This document shows positions 23,751 to 32,000 of a stretch of 32,000 nucleotides of DNA, piece after piece; the stretch's first letter is position 1, and each line of letters opens with the position of its first letter. The stretch spans positions 106,291 through 138,290 of the forward strand of contig JAFTYP010000007.1 in the NCBI GenBank assembly GCA_017461345.1, read 5' to 3'. The translations under genes were made by a program, and so were the position numbers. A model generated the notes under the pieces. The model was not told where the DNA came from. It saw only the letters and a program-made list of their open reading frames with translations, and did not search any database. This DNA comes from Bacteroidaceae bacterium (GTDB lineage Bacteria; Bacteroidota; Bacteroidia; Bacteroidales; Bacteroidaceae).

Positions 23751-24437
23751 TTATTTTTTCCTTGGGAAAACATCAATGTGACGCATCTGAACCATGATGG
23801 CTGTTTGTCTTTTCAAAATATATGAAGACGGATCTTTTGCGTCGTATTTCAAGGGATTGGGAAGTGTTGCCGCGATAAGGGCGCAGTTCGGTCGTGTGAG
23901 TGTAATGGCTTTGCGGCCGAAGTGTTGGTTGGCGGCTGCTTCGGCTCCGTAGATGCCGTTGCCCATCTCGATGGAGTTCAGGTAGACTTCCATGATGCGT
24001 TCCTTGCCCCAGACGAGTTCGATGAGGATGGTGAAATAGACTTCCAGTCCTTTCCGGAGCCAGGTTGAACTTGGCCAAAGGAAGACGTTTTTTGCTGTTT
24101 GCTGGCTGATGGTGCTACCTCCTCTAATGCGTTTGCCGCTGCGTCGTTCTTCGATGGCATTGTTTATTTCGATGAAGTCGAAGCCGTTGTGCATGAGGAA
24201 GCGTTGGTCTTCGCTTGCCATAACTGCAACGGGCATATAGATGCTCATCGAGTCGAGTGGCACCCAGTGGTGTTTAAGGCGTAAGGTTTCGCCATGCCAC
24301 ACCTGTTGTGTGCAACGGATGAGCATAAGTGGCGTGACATATACGGGACACCATTTATATATTAAAACAGCGAGGATTGTACTCCCAAAGAATAGGAGTA
24401 CAATCCATCGGATGATTCGTTGTATTTTTTTGAACAT
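23751..24437 (-). CDS. mtgA: Monofunctional biosynthetic peptidoglycan transglycosylase
   Basis: 228 aa. N-terminal TM helix and GT51 motifs [14 protein letters not shown] and [13 protein letters not shown]. Confidence 0.9.
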   Translation of the reverse strand: MFKKIQRIIRWIVLLFFGSTILAVLIYKWCPVYVTPLMLIRCTQQVWHGETLRLKHHWVPLDSMSIYMPVAVMASEDQRFLMHNGFDFIEINNAIEERRSGKRIRGGSTISQQTAKNVFLWPSSTWLRKGLEVYFTILIELVWGKERIMEVYLNSIEMGNGIYGAEAAANQHFGRKAITLTRPNCALIAATLPNPLKYDAKDPSSYILKRQTAIMVQMRHIDVFPRKK

Positions 24438-24482
24438 TTTTCTCCTCTTCTGTTTTTTGAAAAGGATATATGGGTGAAGGGT

Positions 24483-25223
24483 TTACTTTAAGGTGCCTTC
24501 TTTGGCAGCGTCAATCATTTCCTGGCTTGCATAGAGATATACTTCTACACGGCGGTTCTGCTGCTTGCCTGCTGCTGTGCTGTTGTCGGCTACGGGGTTG
24601 CTTTCGCCAAGACCAACGACTTCTTTGATCTGGTTTGCTGCTGCACCGTGCTTCTGGAGGAAGTTGCTGACTGCTTCTGCGCGTTCTTCGGAGAGTTTCT
24701 GGTTGGCTGCGATGCTTTGTTCTGCTGTCTTGCCTTTCCAGGGGTCGTTATCGGTGAAGCCTACGATGCCTACGTTCATGTCGGCATTCTTGCCGAGGAC
24801 GTTTGTGGCAAATTGCGTGAGGGAACTTTGTGCTGCTGCGCTGAGTACAGACTTGCCGCTCTGGAACAGTATGCCGCTATCGAAGGTTACCTTGACTGCC
24901 TGATAGCCGTTGGCGTCCACTGCGTCTGAAACTTGTGCGTTTGCGATGGCTTCTGCTTCTTTCTTGGCTTTGTCCATCTTCTTGCCGATGAGGATGCCTG
25001 CTGTTGTGCCGCCTGCTGCGCCTACGCCTGCGCCGATGGCTGCGCCCATCTTTGCGCCGCTTGAGCCGTTGATAAGTGCGCCGATGGCTGCACCGAGACC
25101 TGCGCCGAGAGCACCGCCGCCTGCGCCTCCGATAAGGCCGCCTTTGGTTTTGTTGTTCATGTTACAGCCGGAGAGTACCATGCCCATGGCAAGGATTCCC
25201 AAAAGAATTTTCTTTGCTTTCAT
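24483..25223 (-). CDS. OmpA-family lipoprotein with N-terminal glycine-zipper region
   Basis: ATG at 25223 gives MKAKKILLGILAMGMVLSGC (lipobox). A Gly/Ala-rich zipper (GGAGGGALGAGLGAAIGAL...) follows. C-terminal OmpA-like domain (GFTDN, LSEERAEAVSNFL, NRRVEVY). The longer track start lies upstream of the promoter motif. Confidence 0.85.
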   Translation of the reverse strand: MKAKKILLGILAMGMVLSGCNMNNKTKGGLIGGAGGGALGAGLGAAIGALINGSSGAKMGAAIGAGVGAAGGTTAGILIGKKMDKAKKEAEAIANAQVSDAVDANGYQAVKVTFDSGILFQSGKSVLSAAAQSSLTQFATNVLGKNADMNVGIVGFTDNDPWKGKTAEQSIAANQKLSEERAEAVSNFLQKHGAAANQIKEVVGLGESNPVADNSTAAGKQQNRRVEVYLYASQEMIDAAKEGTLK

Positions 25224-25283
25224 TTCCTTGAATCTTTTAGTTATTACGCTTCTTGTTTTTCTCTTTTTACCTTTTTTCAAATG

Positions 25284-25291
25284 CAAAGATA
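25284..25291 (-). promoter_or_regulatory. Candidate -7 promoter element (TATCTTTG) for the OmpA-family gene and mtgA
   Basis: Minus strand reads TATCTTTG, 61 nt upstream of the ATG at 25223. Only a 45-nt gap without a promoter motif separates the OmpA-family gene from mtgA. Confidence 0.45.
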
Positions 25292-25334
25292 AACATTTTT
25301 CTTTTTATTAGGTGGTAAATCGGCATTTTTTTCG

Positions 25335-25342
25335 TATTTTTG
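25335..25342 (+). promoter_or_regulatory. Candidate -7 promoter element (TATTTTTG) far upstream of proS
   Basis: Plus strand reads TATTTTTG, 188 nt before the proS ATG. A one-mismatch alternative, TATTTTCG, lies at 25470-25477, 53 nt before the ATG. Confidence 0.35.
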
Positions 25343-25393
25343 CACACGGATTTAACATATGAAAATGTATTCTCGAAGTGTCTTGCTGAAATA

Positions 25394-25481
25394 GGTTAAC
25401 CTAATTGGGCATAATGCTTAACCATTCTTTCGATAATGGTTAACCTTTATGACAATAATCCTTAACCTTTATTTTCGACAT
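25394..25481 (+). promoter_or_regulatory. Four tandem 22-bp units each carrying a (G)GTTAACC core
   Basis: TTAACC starts at 25396, 25418, 25440 and 25462, exactly 22 bp apart. Units: ggttaacctaattgggcataat / gcttaaccattctttcgataat / ggttaacctttatgacaataat / ccttaacctttattttcgacat. Units 2-3 also form a 9-bp inverted repeat, ttaaccatt (25418-25426) / aatggttaa (25435-25443). Confidence 0.6.
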
Positions 25482-25529
25482 GGCACGCCGAGTTCGATAA
25501 CGACTATAATATAATATCAAGAAAGCAAT

Positions 25530-27011
25530 ATGGCAAAAGAATTGGATTTCCTGACCAAACGTAGTGAAGACTACAGCAAATGGTATAATGAACTGGTTGT
25601 AAAGGCCAACCTCGCCGAACAGAGCGACGTGCGCGGCTGTATGGTTATCAAGCCTTACGGCTACGCAATCTGGGAGAAGATGCAGCGCACATTGGACGAT
25701 ATGTTCAAGGAGACAGGTGTGCAGAATGCCTATTTCCCATTGCTCATCCCGAAGAGTTTCCTCTCTCGCGAGGCTGAACACGTGGAAGGCTTTGCCAAAG
25801 AGTGTGCCGTTGTGACACACTATCGCCTCAAGACCAATGAGACAAACGATGGCGTGGTTGTCGACCCTGCAGCACGACTGGAGGAAGAACTCATCATTCG
25901 TCCTACTTCGGAAACCATCATCTGGAATACTTTCAAAAACTGGATACAGTCTTATCGCGACCTTCCTTTGCTGGTCAACCAGTGGTGCAACGTAATGCGT
26001 TGGGAGATGCGTACGCGTTTGTTCCTTCGCACCAGCGAATTCCTCTGGCAAGAAGGTCATACGGCGCATGCAACTCGCGAGGAAGCAGAAGAACGCGCAC
26101 AGCAGATGCTCAAGGTTTACGCAAAATTTGCAGAAGAATACATGGCTGTCCCGGTAGTACAAGGCGTGAAGAGCGAAACAGAACGCTTTGCCGGTGCACT
26201 CGACACCTATACCATCGAGGCCATGATGCAGGACGGTAAAGCATTGCAAAGCGGCACAAGCCATTTCCTTGGACAGAACTTCGGCAAGGCATTCGACGTA
26301 CAGTTCCTTAATAAAGAAAACAAACCCGAATATGCATGGGCAACGTCTTGGGGCGTCAGCACACGACTCATGGGCGCGCTCGTCATGACACACAGCGACG
26401 ATAACGGCCTCGTTCTGCCTCCCGCACTTGCCCCAATCCAGGTGGTTATCATTCCCATTGGCGGCAAACCCGAACAGGTTGCAGCCGTCGATGCAGCCGT
26501 TGCTCCTATTGTCGATGAACTCAAGAAGAAGGGCATCAGCGTGAAGTATGATAACGCTGACAACAAACGTCCGGGTTTCAAGTTCGCAGATTACGAACTC
26601 AAGGGCGTTCCCGTTCGTCTTGTGCTTGGCGCACGTGACCTGGAGAATGGAACTGTGGAAGTAATGCGTCGCGATACACTCGAGAAGGAGACACGTCCCC
26701 TCGAGGGCATTGTTGCATATGTAGAGCAACTCCTCTCCGATATTCAACAAAATATATTCGCAAAGGCAAAGGCATTCCGCGACGCCCATATCTATGAATG
26801 CGACGACTACGAAGAGTTCAAGCAGCGCGTTAAGGACGGCGGTTTCTTCCTTTGCCATTGGGACGGCACAGCCGAGACCGAGGCAAAGATTAAGGAAGAC
26901 ACGCAGGCCACCATCCGTTGTGTGCCGTTTGGTGTAGAACAGACACCAGGCGTGGATATGGTCAGCGGCAAACCCAGTAAGGCTCGTGTCCTTATTGCCA
27001 GAAGTTACTAA
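25530..27011 (+). CDS. proS: Prolyl-tRNA synthetase (archaeal/eukaryote-like type)
   Basis: 493 aa. N-terminus [38 protein letters not shown] and class II motifs. C-terminal ...ARSY is typical of this ProRS type. Confidence 0.95.
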   Translation: MAKELDFLTKRSEDYSKWYNELVVKANLAEQSDVRGCMVIKPYGYAIWEKMQRTLDDMFKETGVQNAYFPLLIPKSFLSREAEHVEGFAKECAVVTHYRLKTNETNDGVVVDPAARLEEELIIRPTSETIIWNTFKNWIQSYRDLPLLVNQWCNVMRWEMRTRLFLRTSEFLWQEGHTAHATREEAEERAQQMLKVYAKFAEEYMAVPVVQGVKSETERFAGALDTYTIEAMMQDGKALQSGTSHFLGQNFGKAFDVQFLNKENKPEYAWATSWGVSTRLMGALVMTHSDDNGLVLPPALAPIQVVIIPIGGKPEQVAAVDAAVAPIVDELKKKGISVKYDNADNKRPGFKFADYELKGVPVRLVLGARDLENGTVEVMRRDTLEKETRPLEGIVAYVEQLLSDIQQNIFAKAKAFRDAHIYECDDYEEFKQRVKDGGFFLCHWDGTAETEAKIKEDTQATIRCVPFGVEQTPGVDMVSGKPSKARVLIARSY

Positions 27012-28296
27012 TATCTCTTCCCTCAACTCCTCTCCCGATGTGGGGGAGGAGAGGCAGAGAGAAAGTCTTTCCTCAATAGGAAAGGCTTGGTGTCTTACTC
27101 TCTTTGTTGCGGAAGAAATTCCTGCTACGATTGTTATCTATGTGGCTTTGCTGATGTTCCTCCAGTTCGGAATGTCGTTGGCAGAAGCCACATTTTTTTC
27201 AGCCTTGCTCTTTGTGCCCTGGGCGTTGAAGTCTTACTTCCGCTCTTGGGTGGAGCGTATTGGGCAGATACGACTGTTGTTGCATGCTGTCGAGATGTTG
27301 CTTTGCGGTGCCCTCGTCCTTTTAGGCTACTGCTGTAACAAGGGAGCCCTGCCTGTTTTCTACTCTTTATTCAGCATCAGTCTGCTGTGTGCCATACATG
27401 GCCTGGTGTCACAAACTTGTTGCGAACGGACGATACATCCCCTTTATAGACGTTTCCTTACGCCTGTGGGGCAGTTATGTTCGCAAATGACAATCGTGTT
27501 TACCTATGGCGCTTTCATTTTTCTTATCGGCATTCTGCAAATATATTCCCGCAACATTCGCTATTCGTGGCAGACGGGTTGCTACGTGGCAGCAGGCGTT
27601 CTGTTGCTGTTCACTCTGTTTCATCTTGTGATCCTGACAATGTCGAACGACGGTCCTTCGGTAGCAACAAGAAGATGTCGCAAGGAATCTCTCCTTACTC
27701 GTGATGATTTTTGGCGTGGTGCTTCTCTTCTCTTTTTACTTCTTTTGCCACAGGGACTGATGTTCTACGCGCGCGTATTATATTTATATGATGTACATTT
27801 CAATGGCGGTCTGCAATGCACCATACAGGAGATCGGCTTCGCTCAGGGAACGGTAGGCGTTATTGCTTTCAGCATTGGCCTGCTCCTCGGTCGTAGGCTC
27901 GTAAGTAAAACCACTCTTCGAGGCAAAAGTCATGGCGGAGGAATTTTCTTTTGGCTTATGGCTCTCTCCCTCGCTCTGTCTCCATTAGTCTATCTGACTA
28001 TGACCGCCTTCCCGCCACATCATCTGTTACATTTGAGCCTGTGCACTGGTTTGGCTCAACTTTTATTCGGCTTTGGGTTAAGTGCCTGTCGTTTTCCGCT
28101 TTGCGACATTTCCGAAGTACGTTATGACACGATGCTCAATGTGCTTCGTGTCCCTCCCTTTGCTGCCACCATGCTTATGCCTATGGCAGTGAGCGGCTGG
28201 CTTGTTACGCAACTGGGCTACGCCAACTTCTTCCTCTTCAACACAGTTTGTGCTTTCTTTTGTTTGTTAGGCATTTTTATTTTGCGTCGACCTTAG
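26986..28296 (+). CDS. Divergent AmpG-like MFS-type polytopic membrane protein
   Basis: About 12 hydrophobic segments. [29 protein letters not shown] and [15 protein letters not shown] line up loosely with AmpG-family motifs as I recall them (EGLPY, LPWxxKxxWxPxVD, HDIAxDG). There is no in-frame ATG near the 5' end: the track start at 26986 is GTG, and alternatives are TTG 26995 and GTG 27040. It overlaps proS by up to 26 nt. Confidence 0.5.
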   Translation: MSLLPEVTNISSLNSSPDVGEERQRESLSSIGKAWCLTLFVAEEIPATIVIYVALLMFLQFGMSLAEATFFSALLFVPWALKSYFRSWVERIGQIRLLLHAVEMLLCGALVLLGYCCNKGALPVFYSLFSISLLCAIHGLVSQTCCERTIHPLYRRFLTPVGQLCSQMTIVFTYGAFIFLIGILQIYSRNIRYSWQTGCYVAAGVLLLFTLFHLVILTMSNDGPSVATRRCRKESLLTRDDFWRGASLLFLLLLPQGLMFYARVLYLYDVHFNGGLQCTIQEIGFAQGTVGVIAFSIGLLLGRRLVSKTTLRGKSHGGGIFFWLMALSLALSPLVYLTMTAFPPHHLLHLSLCTGLAQLLFGFGLSACRFPLCDISEVRYDTMLNVLRVPPFAATMLMPMAVSGWLVTQLGYANFFLFNTVCAFFCLLGIFILRRP

Positions 28297-28432
28297 TCAC
28301 CCAAATTCTAAGAATAGGTTTTCATAACTTGTCTTGCCGTAGAAATACAACCATCTATTTTCTCCCAAACGAATAGGGAAATCCCTCCGACACTTTAGGG
28401 GAAATCACCTGCAAATGCTCACGACAATGCCG

Positions 28433-28440
28433 TACCTTTG
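28433..28440 (+). promoter_or_regulatory. Candidate -7 promoter element (TACCTTTG) of the His-rich protein gene
   Basis: Plus strand reads TACCTTTG, 43 nt upstream of the ATG at 28483. Confidence 0.45.
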
Positions 28441-28482
28441 CAGTAGAAACAAAAAAGAGAAAATGTTTAACCCTAAAAAACA

Positions 28483-28830
28483 ATGGTTATGAAAAAGATG
28501 ATTTACCTCGCCGCATTTGCTATCATGATGGCAATGGGCAACATGGATGCTAACGCAAAGGCTCACGCAAAGCATAACGATAAGGGTAGAGTGGAAATGC
28601 CTGGCAATGTAGGGCACAAGGTTTATGCAGGCCATCGCAATCATAACGCTAAGAGCCACGAGCGCAGAATGGCGGAGGAACGTCGTCGCAGGGAAGAGAT
28701 GCGTCGTAGAAATGCTCACCACCATCATCACACACATCACTGTAATGTTGTTGCCTGCAAAGGCAGTGCTGTGGCTGGAATAGCAGCAGGTGTGGCTGTT
28801 GCAACCATCATCGGAGCACTTGTCAATTAG
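28483..28830 (+). CDS. Small His/Arg-rich protein with signal peptide and C-terminal glycine-zipper hydrophobic helix
   Basis: 115 aa, with possible starts at 28483, 28489 or 28498. Signal-like MKKMIYLAAFAIMMAMG. Many His residues in the central region, including HHHHHTHH. An RRRREEMRRR block. C-terminal GSAVAGIAAGVAVATIIGALVN. Bracketed by a promoter motif and a strong terminator. Confidence 0.6.
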   Translation: MVMKKMIYLAAFAIMMAMGNMDANAKAHAKHNDKGRVEMPGNVGHKVYAGHRNHNAKSHERRMAEERRRREEMRRRNAHHHHHTHHCNVVACKGSAVAGIAAGVAVATIIGALVN

Positions 28831-28853
28831 GAATTGTTTATACGAAAAATATA

Positions 28854-28887
28854 AATGGGGTGCAAACATAATTGTTTGCACCCCATT
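28854..28887. terminator. Bidirectional rho-independent terminator between convergent genes
   Basis: Perfect 14-bp stem aatggggtgcaaac (28854-28867) / gtttgcaccccatt (28874-28887), loop ataatt. T-rich tracts on both sides: gttgtt on the plus strand, ttatattttt on the minus strand. Confidence 0.8.
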
Positions 28888-28908
28888 GTTGTTATGTGTC
28901 GAGAAACA

Positions 28909-30105
28909 TTATTTAAGTTTTGCCAAAGTCTCTTTGATGCGACGCATAGCCTCGACGATATTCTCGTCGCTGGTGGCATAACTCATTCGGAAGCACTCGG
29001 GTGAGCCGAACGCATCACCACCAACTGTTGCTACATGCCCTTCCTCGAGCAGGTACATGGCAAGGTCGGTCGAGTTGTTAATGACACGCTCACCGTCGCT
29101 TTTACCGAAGAAACTGCTGCATTTGGGGAAAAGGTAGAAGGCGCCTTGAGGTTCGTTTACTTCGAGGCCGGGAATTTCTTTCGCAAGTTTGACGATAAGG
29201 TTTTTACGACGCTCGAATGCTTTGCGCATGTCTTCTACACACTGTTGGTCGCCGGCAAAAGCCGCCTCGGCTGCTTTTTGGCTGACAGAACAGGGACCAC
29301 TGGTGTACTGGCCCTGGAGTTTGTTGCAACCTTTTACAATCCATTCGGGAGCCGCAATGAAACCTATGCGCCATCCAGTCATGGCATATGCCTTGCTGAC
29401 GCCATTGATGATGACCACGCGGTCCTTAATGTCGGGGAACTGAGCCATGCTTGCATGCTGTCCGACATAGTTGATGTGCTCATATATCTCGTCGGCAATG
29501 ACGATGACATTTTCGTGGCGGAGCAGTACATTCTTCAATGCTTCGAGTTCTTCTTTGCTGTAAACAGAACCTGTAGGGTTGCTGGGCGAACAGAGAATGA
29601 GTGCCTTTGTCTTGGGAGTGATGGCTGCTTCGAGTTGCTCGGGAGTAATCTTGAAGTCCTGCTCGATAGTTGCTTCTACATAAACAGGGGTGCCTTCTGC
29701 CAAGAGTACCATTTGAGGATAACTTACCCAATATGGAGTTGGGATAATCACCTCATCACCTGCGCTGACGATAGCCATGATTGTGTTGCAGACGCTTTGC
29801 TTTGCACCGTTGCTGCAAAGAATCTGACCGGGAGCATAGTCCAGCCCGTTTTCGTTCTTCAACTTATTGACGATAGCCTTCTTCAGTTCGGGATAACCGG
29901 GAACAGGACTATATCGACTATAGTTGTCTTCTACGGCTTTGATTGCTGCAGCCTTGATGTGGTCTGGCGTGTTGAAGTCGGGTTCACCCACACTCATGTT
30001 GATTACGTCTACACCTTCTGCCTTGAGTTCGCTGCTGCGCTGGCTCATGGCAAGTGTTGCACTGGGCGAGAGGCGGTTCAGTCTCTCTGAAAGATTTGTG
30101 TTCAT
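28909..30105 (-). CDS. aspC: Aspartate aminotransferase (class I PLP aminotransferase, subgroup Ib-like)
   Basis: 398 aa. LSPSATLAMSQRSSELKAEGVDVINMSVGEPDFNTP parallels Thermus/Bacillus-type AspAT. The PLP lysine lies in VSKAYAMTGWRIG. Confidence 0.8.
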   Translation of the reverse strand: MNTNLSERLNRLSPSATLAMSQRSSELKAEGVDVINMSVGEPDFNTPDHIKAAAIKAVEDNYSRYSPVPGYPELKKAIVNKLKNENGLDYAPGQILCSNGAKQSVCNTIMAIVSAGDEVIIPTPYWVSYPQMVLLAEGTPVYVEATIEQDFKITPEQLEAAITPKTKALILCSPSNPTGSVYSKEELEALKNVLLRHENVIVIADEIYEHINYVGQHASMAQFPDIKDRVVIINGVSKAYAMTGWRIGFIAAPEWIVKGCNKLQGQYTSGPCSVSQKAAEAAFAGDQQCVEDMRKAFERRKNLIVKLAKEIPGLEVNEPQGAFYLFPKCSSFFGKSDGERVINNSTDLAMYLLEEGHVATVGGDAFGSPECFRMSYATSDENIVEAMRRIKETLAKLK

Positions 30106-30134
30106 GTCGATATATAGAGTTTAAAGATTTTGTA

Positions 30135-31346
30135 TTAGAGTTTATGTCCCATTCTTGTTTTTTTCGTTTCAAGATAAGAGCGATTGTATTTGTTGGGCTC
30201 GATAACGATGGGAATGTTTTCGACGATGGTCAGTCCGTAACTTTCCAGTCCGACACGTTTGACGGGGTTGTTGGTGATAAGACGAATTTTGCCGACTCCC
30301 ATTTCTCGAAGAATCTGTGCGCCTACGCCATATTCGCGTTCGTCGGGTCGGAAGCCGAGATGAATGTTGGCATCTACGGTGTCGTCGCCTTCCTCTTGGA
30401 GTTTGTAGGCAGCAATTTTGTTCATCAGTCCGATGCCACGTCCTTCTTGGCTGAGGTAAACAATGATGCCTTTGCCTTCTTTTTCTATCATTCGCATGGA
30501 TTCGTGTAATTGCTCGCCACAATCGCATCGCTGGCTACCGAAGATGTCGCCAGTCATACAACTGGAATGCATCCTGACCAGCACTGGTTCGTCTTCTGTC
30601 CACTCGCCTTTGTAGAGGACAACATGTTCCAGTCCGTTGCTTTTCTGACGGAACGGGATTATGTGAAAGTGACCGTCTGCTGTAGGCATGTCTGCTTCTA
30701 CGCCTTTCTCTACGAGCGACTCTTGTTGGAGTCGATATGCTATCAGGTCACGTATGCTAATGATTTTCAATCCGTGCTCACGAGCCACTTCTTTGAGTTG
30801 TGGCATACGTGCCATCGTTCCGTCTTCGTTTAATATTTCAATGAGAGCGGCTGCTGGTTGAAGGCCAGAAAGACGTGCAAGGTCGATGGCTGCTTCTGTG
30901 TGGCCTGCTCTGCGGAGAACCCCTTTATCTTGAGCATAAAGAGGGTTTATGTGTCCAGGGCGACCAAAGTCGGAGGGTTTGCGATTTGGGTCGGCAAGGG
31001 CACGGATGGTTTCGGCACGGTCGTGGGTGCTTACGCCTGTTGTGCAACCATCAAGGAGGTCGACCGTAACGGTAAATGGTGTGCCAAGCATACTGGTGTT
31101 GTCTGCCACTTGATGTTCAAGTTCCAGTTCTGCTGCTCGGCTCATGGTAATTGGTGCGCAGAGCACGCCTCTGCCGTTCTTCAGCATAAAGTTTACCTTT
31201 TCGGGGGTAATCATTTCGGCTGCGGTGATGAAGTCGCCTTCGTTTTCTCGGTCTTCGTCGTCGACCACGATGACGAATTTGCCTTGACGGAAATCGTCGA
31301 GAGCGTCTTCAATGGTGCTTAGTACCTTTTCGTTATTGTTGTCCAT
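30135..31346 (-). CDS. ribBA: Bifunctional 3,4-dihydroxy-2-butanone-4-phosphate synthase / GTP cyclohydrolase II
   Basis: 403 aa. RibB half ([23 protein letters not shown]) followed by RibA half ([27 protein letters not shown]). Confidence 0.95.
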   Translation of the reverse strand: MDNNNEKVLSTIEDALDDFRQGKFVIVVDDEDRENEGDFITAAEMITPEKVNFMLKNGRGVLCAPITMSRAAELELEHQVADNTSMLGTPFTVTVDLLDGCTTGVSTHDRAETIRALADPNRKPSDFGRPGHINPLYAQDKGVLRRAGHTEAAIDLARLSGLQPAAALIEILNEDGTMARMPQLKEVAREHGLKIISIRDLIAYRLQQESLVEKGVEADMPTADGHFHIIPFRQKSNGLEHVVLYKGEWTEDEPVLVRMHSSCMTGDIFGSQRCDCGEQLHESMRMIEKEGKGIIVYLSQEGRGIGLMNKIAAYKLQEEGDDTVDANIHLGFRPDEREYGVGAQILREMGVGKIRLITNNPVKRVGLESYGLTIVENIPIVIEPNKYNRSYLETKKTRMGHKL

Positions 31347-32000
31347 ATCCTTTCTTTATGATTCTTTCGGAAATCAGTGTGTTGATATTTTGAATTTTAT
31401 GCATATCGAGTCTGAGTCTTAGCCTGTATCGCCAGATGCGCAGGTAGAAGAAGAGTCCTATCGGGAAAATGATGCCGACGGTCATGTTCAGTCGTTTGTT
31501 ACTGAATGGACGGGTGTGCGCGCTGGGATTTATGATGGGGTAGTCGTTAATGTACATGAGCAGTACGTTGTCTCGACTGTTGTGCAGTTCTTCTATTAGT
31601 CCTTCCAGGCGTTGGCTAAGGTTGGCTGCATTTTTGTCTTGGCCGGGGCGGAAGAAAATGTCAATGTAGTTTGGTATGCGTCGCAGGTGCATTGACATCC
31701 TGCATTTTGTGCAGAAGTCTGTCAGTTCGTCGAGCCTTTGTGGCAGTGTGGTGTAGTCCGGGTCGGTAATGATGACTTCTTTTCGGTTTAACTTGCGACT
31801 TGGACGAAGTCCAAATAGTTGCATAAAGAAATTGCGATAGCCTTCGATGTTGAAGACCACGCTGTCGCTGTTTGCTTTGTATGTAAGGAAGATGCCGGTG
31901 GCGAGCAGTACGAAACTGCTTAGCCATGTTCCGCTGCTTACGGTCCATGCATCTACTTTCGCATTGTTTTCGCCTGCCTGGTCAACGATGTAATAGAAGA
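31333..32000 (-). CDS. Hypothetical membrane protein, C-terminal part (5' end outside window)
   Basis: The frame stays open to base 32000 ([20 protein letters not shown]... precedes the GTG listed at 31860). Two hydrophobic helices ([16 protein letters not shown] and [15 protein letters not shown]) flank a ~130-aa soluble region. Its stop overlaps the ribBA start by 14 nt. I do not recognise a family. Confidence 0.4.
   Translation of the reverse strand, partial: FYYIVDQAGENNAKVDAWTVSSGTWLSSFVLLATGIFLTYKANSDSVVFNIEGYRNFFMQLFGLRPSRKLNRKEVIITDPDYTTLPQRLDELTDFCTKCRMSMHLRRIPNYIDIFFRPGQDKNAANLSQRLEGLIEELHNSRDNVLLMYINDYPIINPSAHTRPFSNKRLNMTVGIIFPIGLFFYLRIWRYRLRLRLDMHKIQNINTLISERIIKKGYGQQ

Noticed and set aside
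1-32000. Looked for tRNA, rRNA, CRISPR arrays, transposases, integrases, toxin-antitoxin pairs and defence-system signature genes.
   Set aside because: None found. No cloverleaf-like or rRNA-like segments were seen. No regularly spaced identical repeats with unique spacers were seen. No ORF has DDE, tyrosine- or serine-recombinase or nuclease signatures. The DUF4143-type AAA ATPase stands alone without partner genes.

Overview
The window looks like a chromosomal segment of a Bacteroidota genome, probably Prevotella-like. This is inferred from repeated TAnnTTTG -7 promoter motifs, a T9SS C-terminal sorting domain, PFOR, and gene content and order. Most genes are on the minus strand and are housekeeping. 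They comprise a cstA 3' end plus a small OMP; an ilvD-ilvB-ilvN-(acyl-ACP thioesterase)-ilvC operon; an AT-rich LRR/T9SS surface protein; an aldo/keto reductase plus a GH76-like lipoprotein; nifJ (PFOR); a DUF4143-type AAA ATPase; an OmpA-family lipoprotein plus mtgA; proS; a divergent AmpG-like MFS protein; a small His-rich protein; and aspC-ribBA with a partial unknown membrane protein. The stand-out locus is a compact eight-gene, tightly packed minus-strand operon at 9641-15970. Its order is GNAT-fold acyltransferase, KS, ACP, two hotdog dehydratases, CrtI/RetSat-like flavoenzyme, SDR ketoreductase, 4HBT thioesterase. It resembles only the core of aryl-polyene/flexirubin-type loci and lacks starter, CLF, enoyl-reductase and export genes. 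Non-coding structure includes a ~170-bp repeat present as inverted copies bracketing the ilv-LRR block, whose central hairpin loop is not inverted. GGACGCGT-palindrome hairpins and a 13-nt direct repeat flank the lipid operon. A 4 x 22-bp phased GGTTAACC array lies upstream of proS. No tRNA, rRNA, CRISPR, transposase or integrase was seen. All calls come from reading the sequence and ORF translations; no database search was run.
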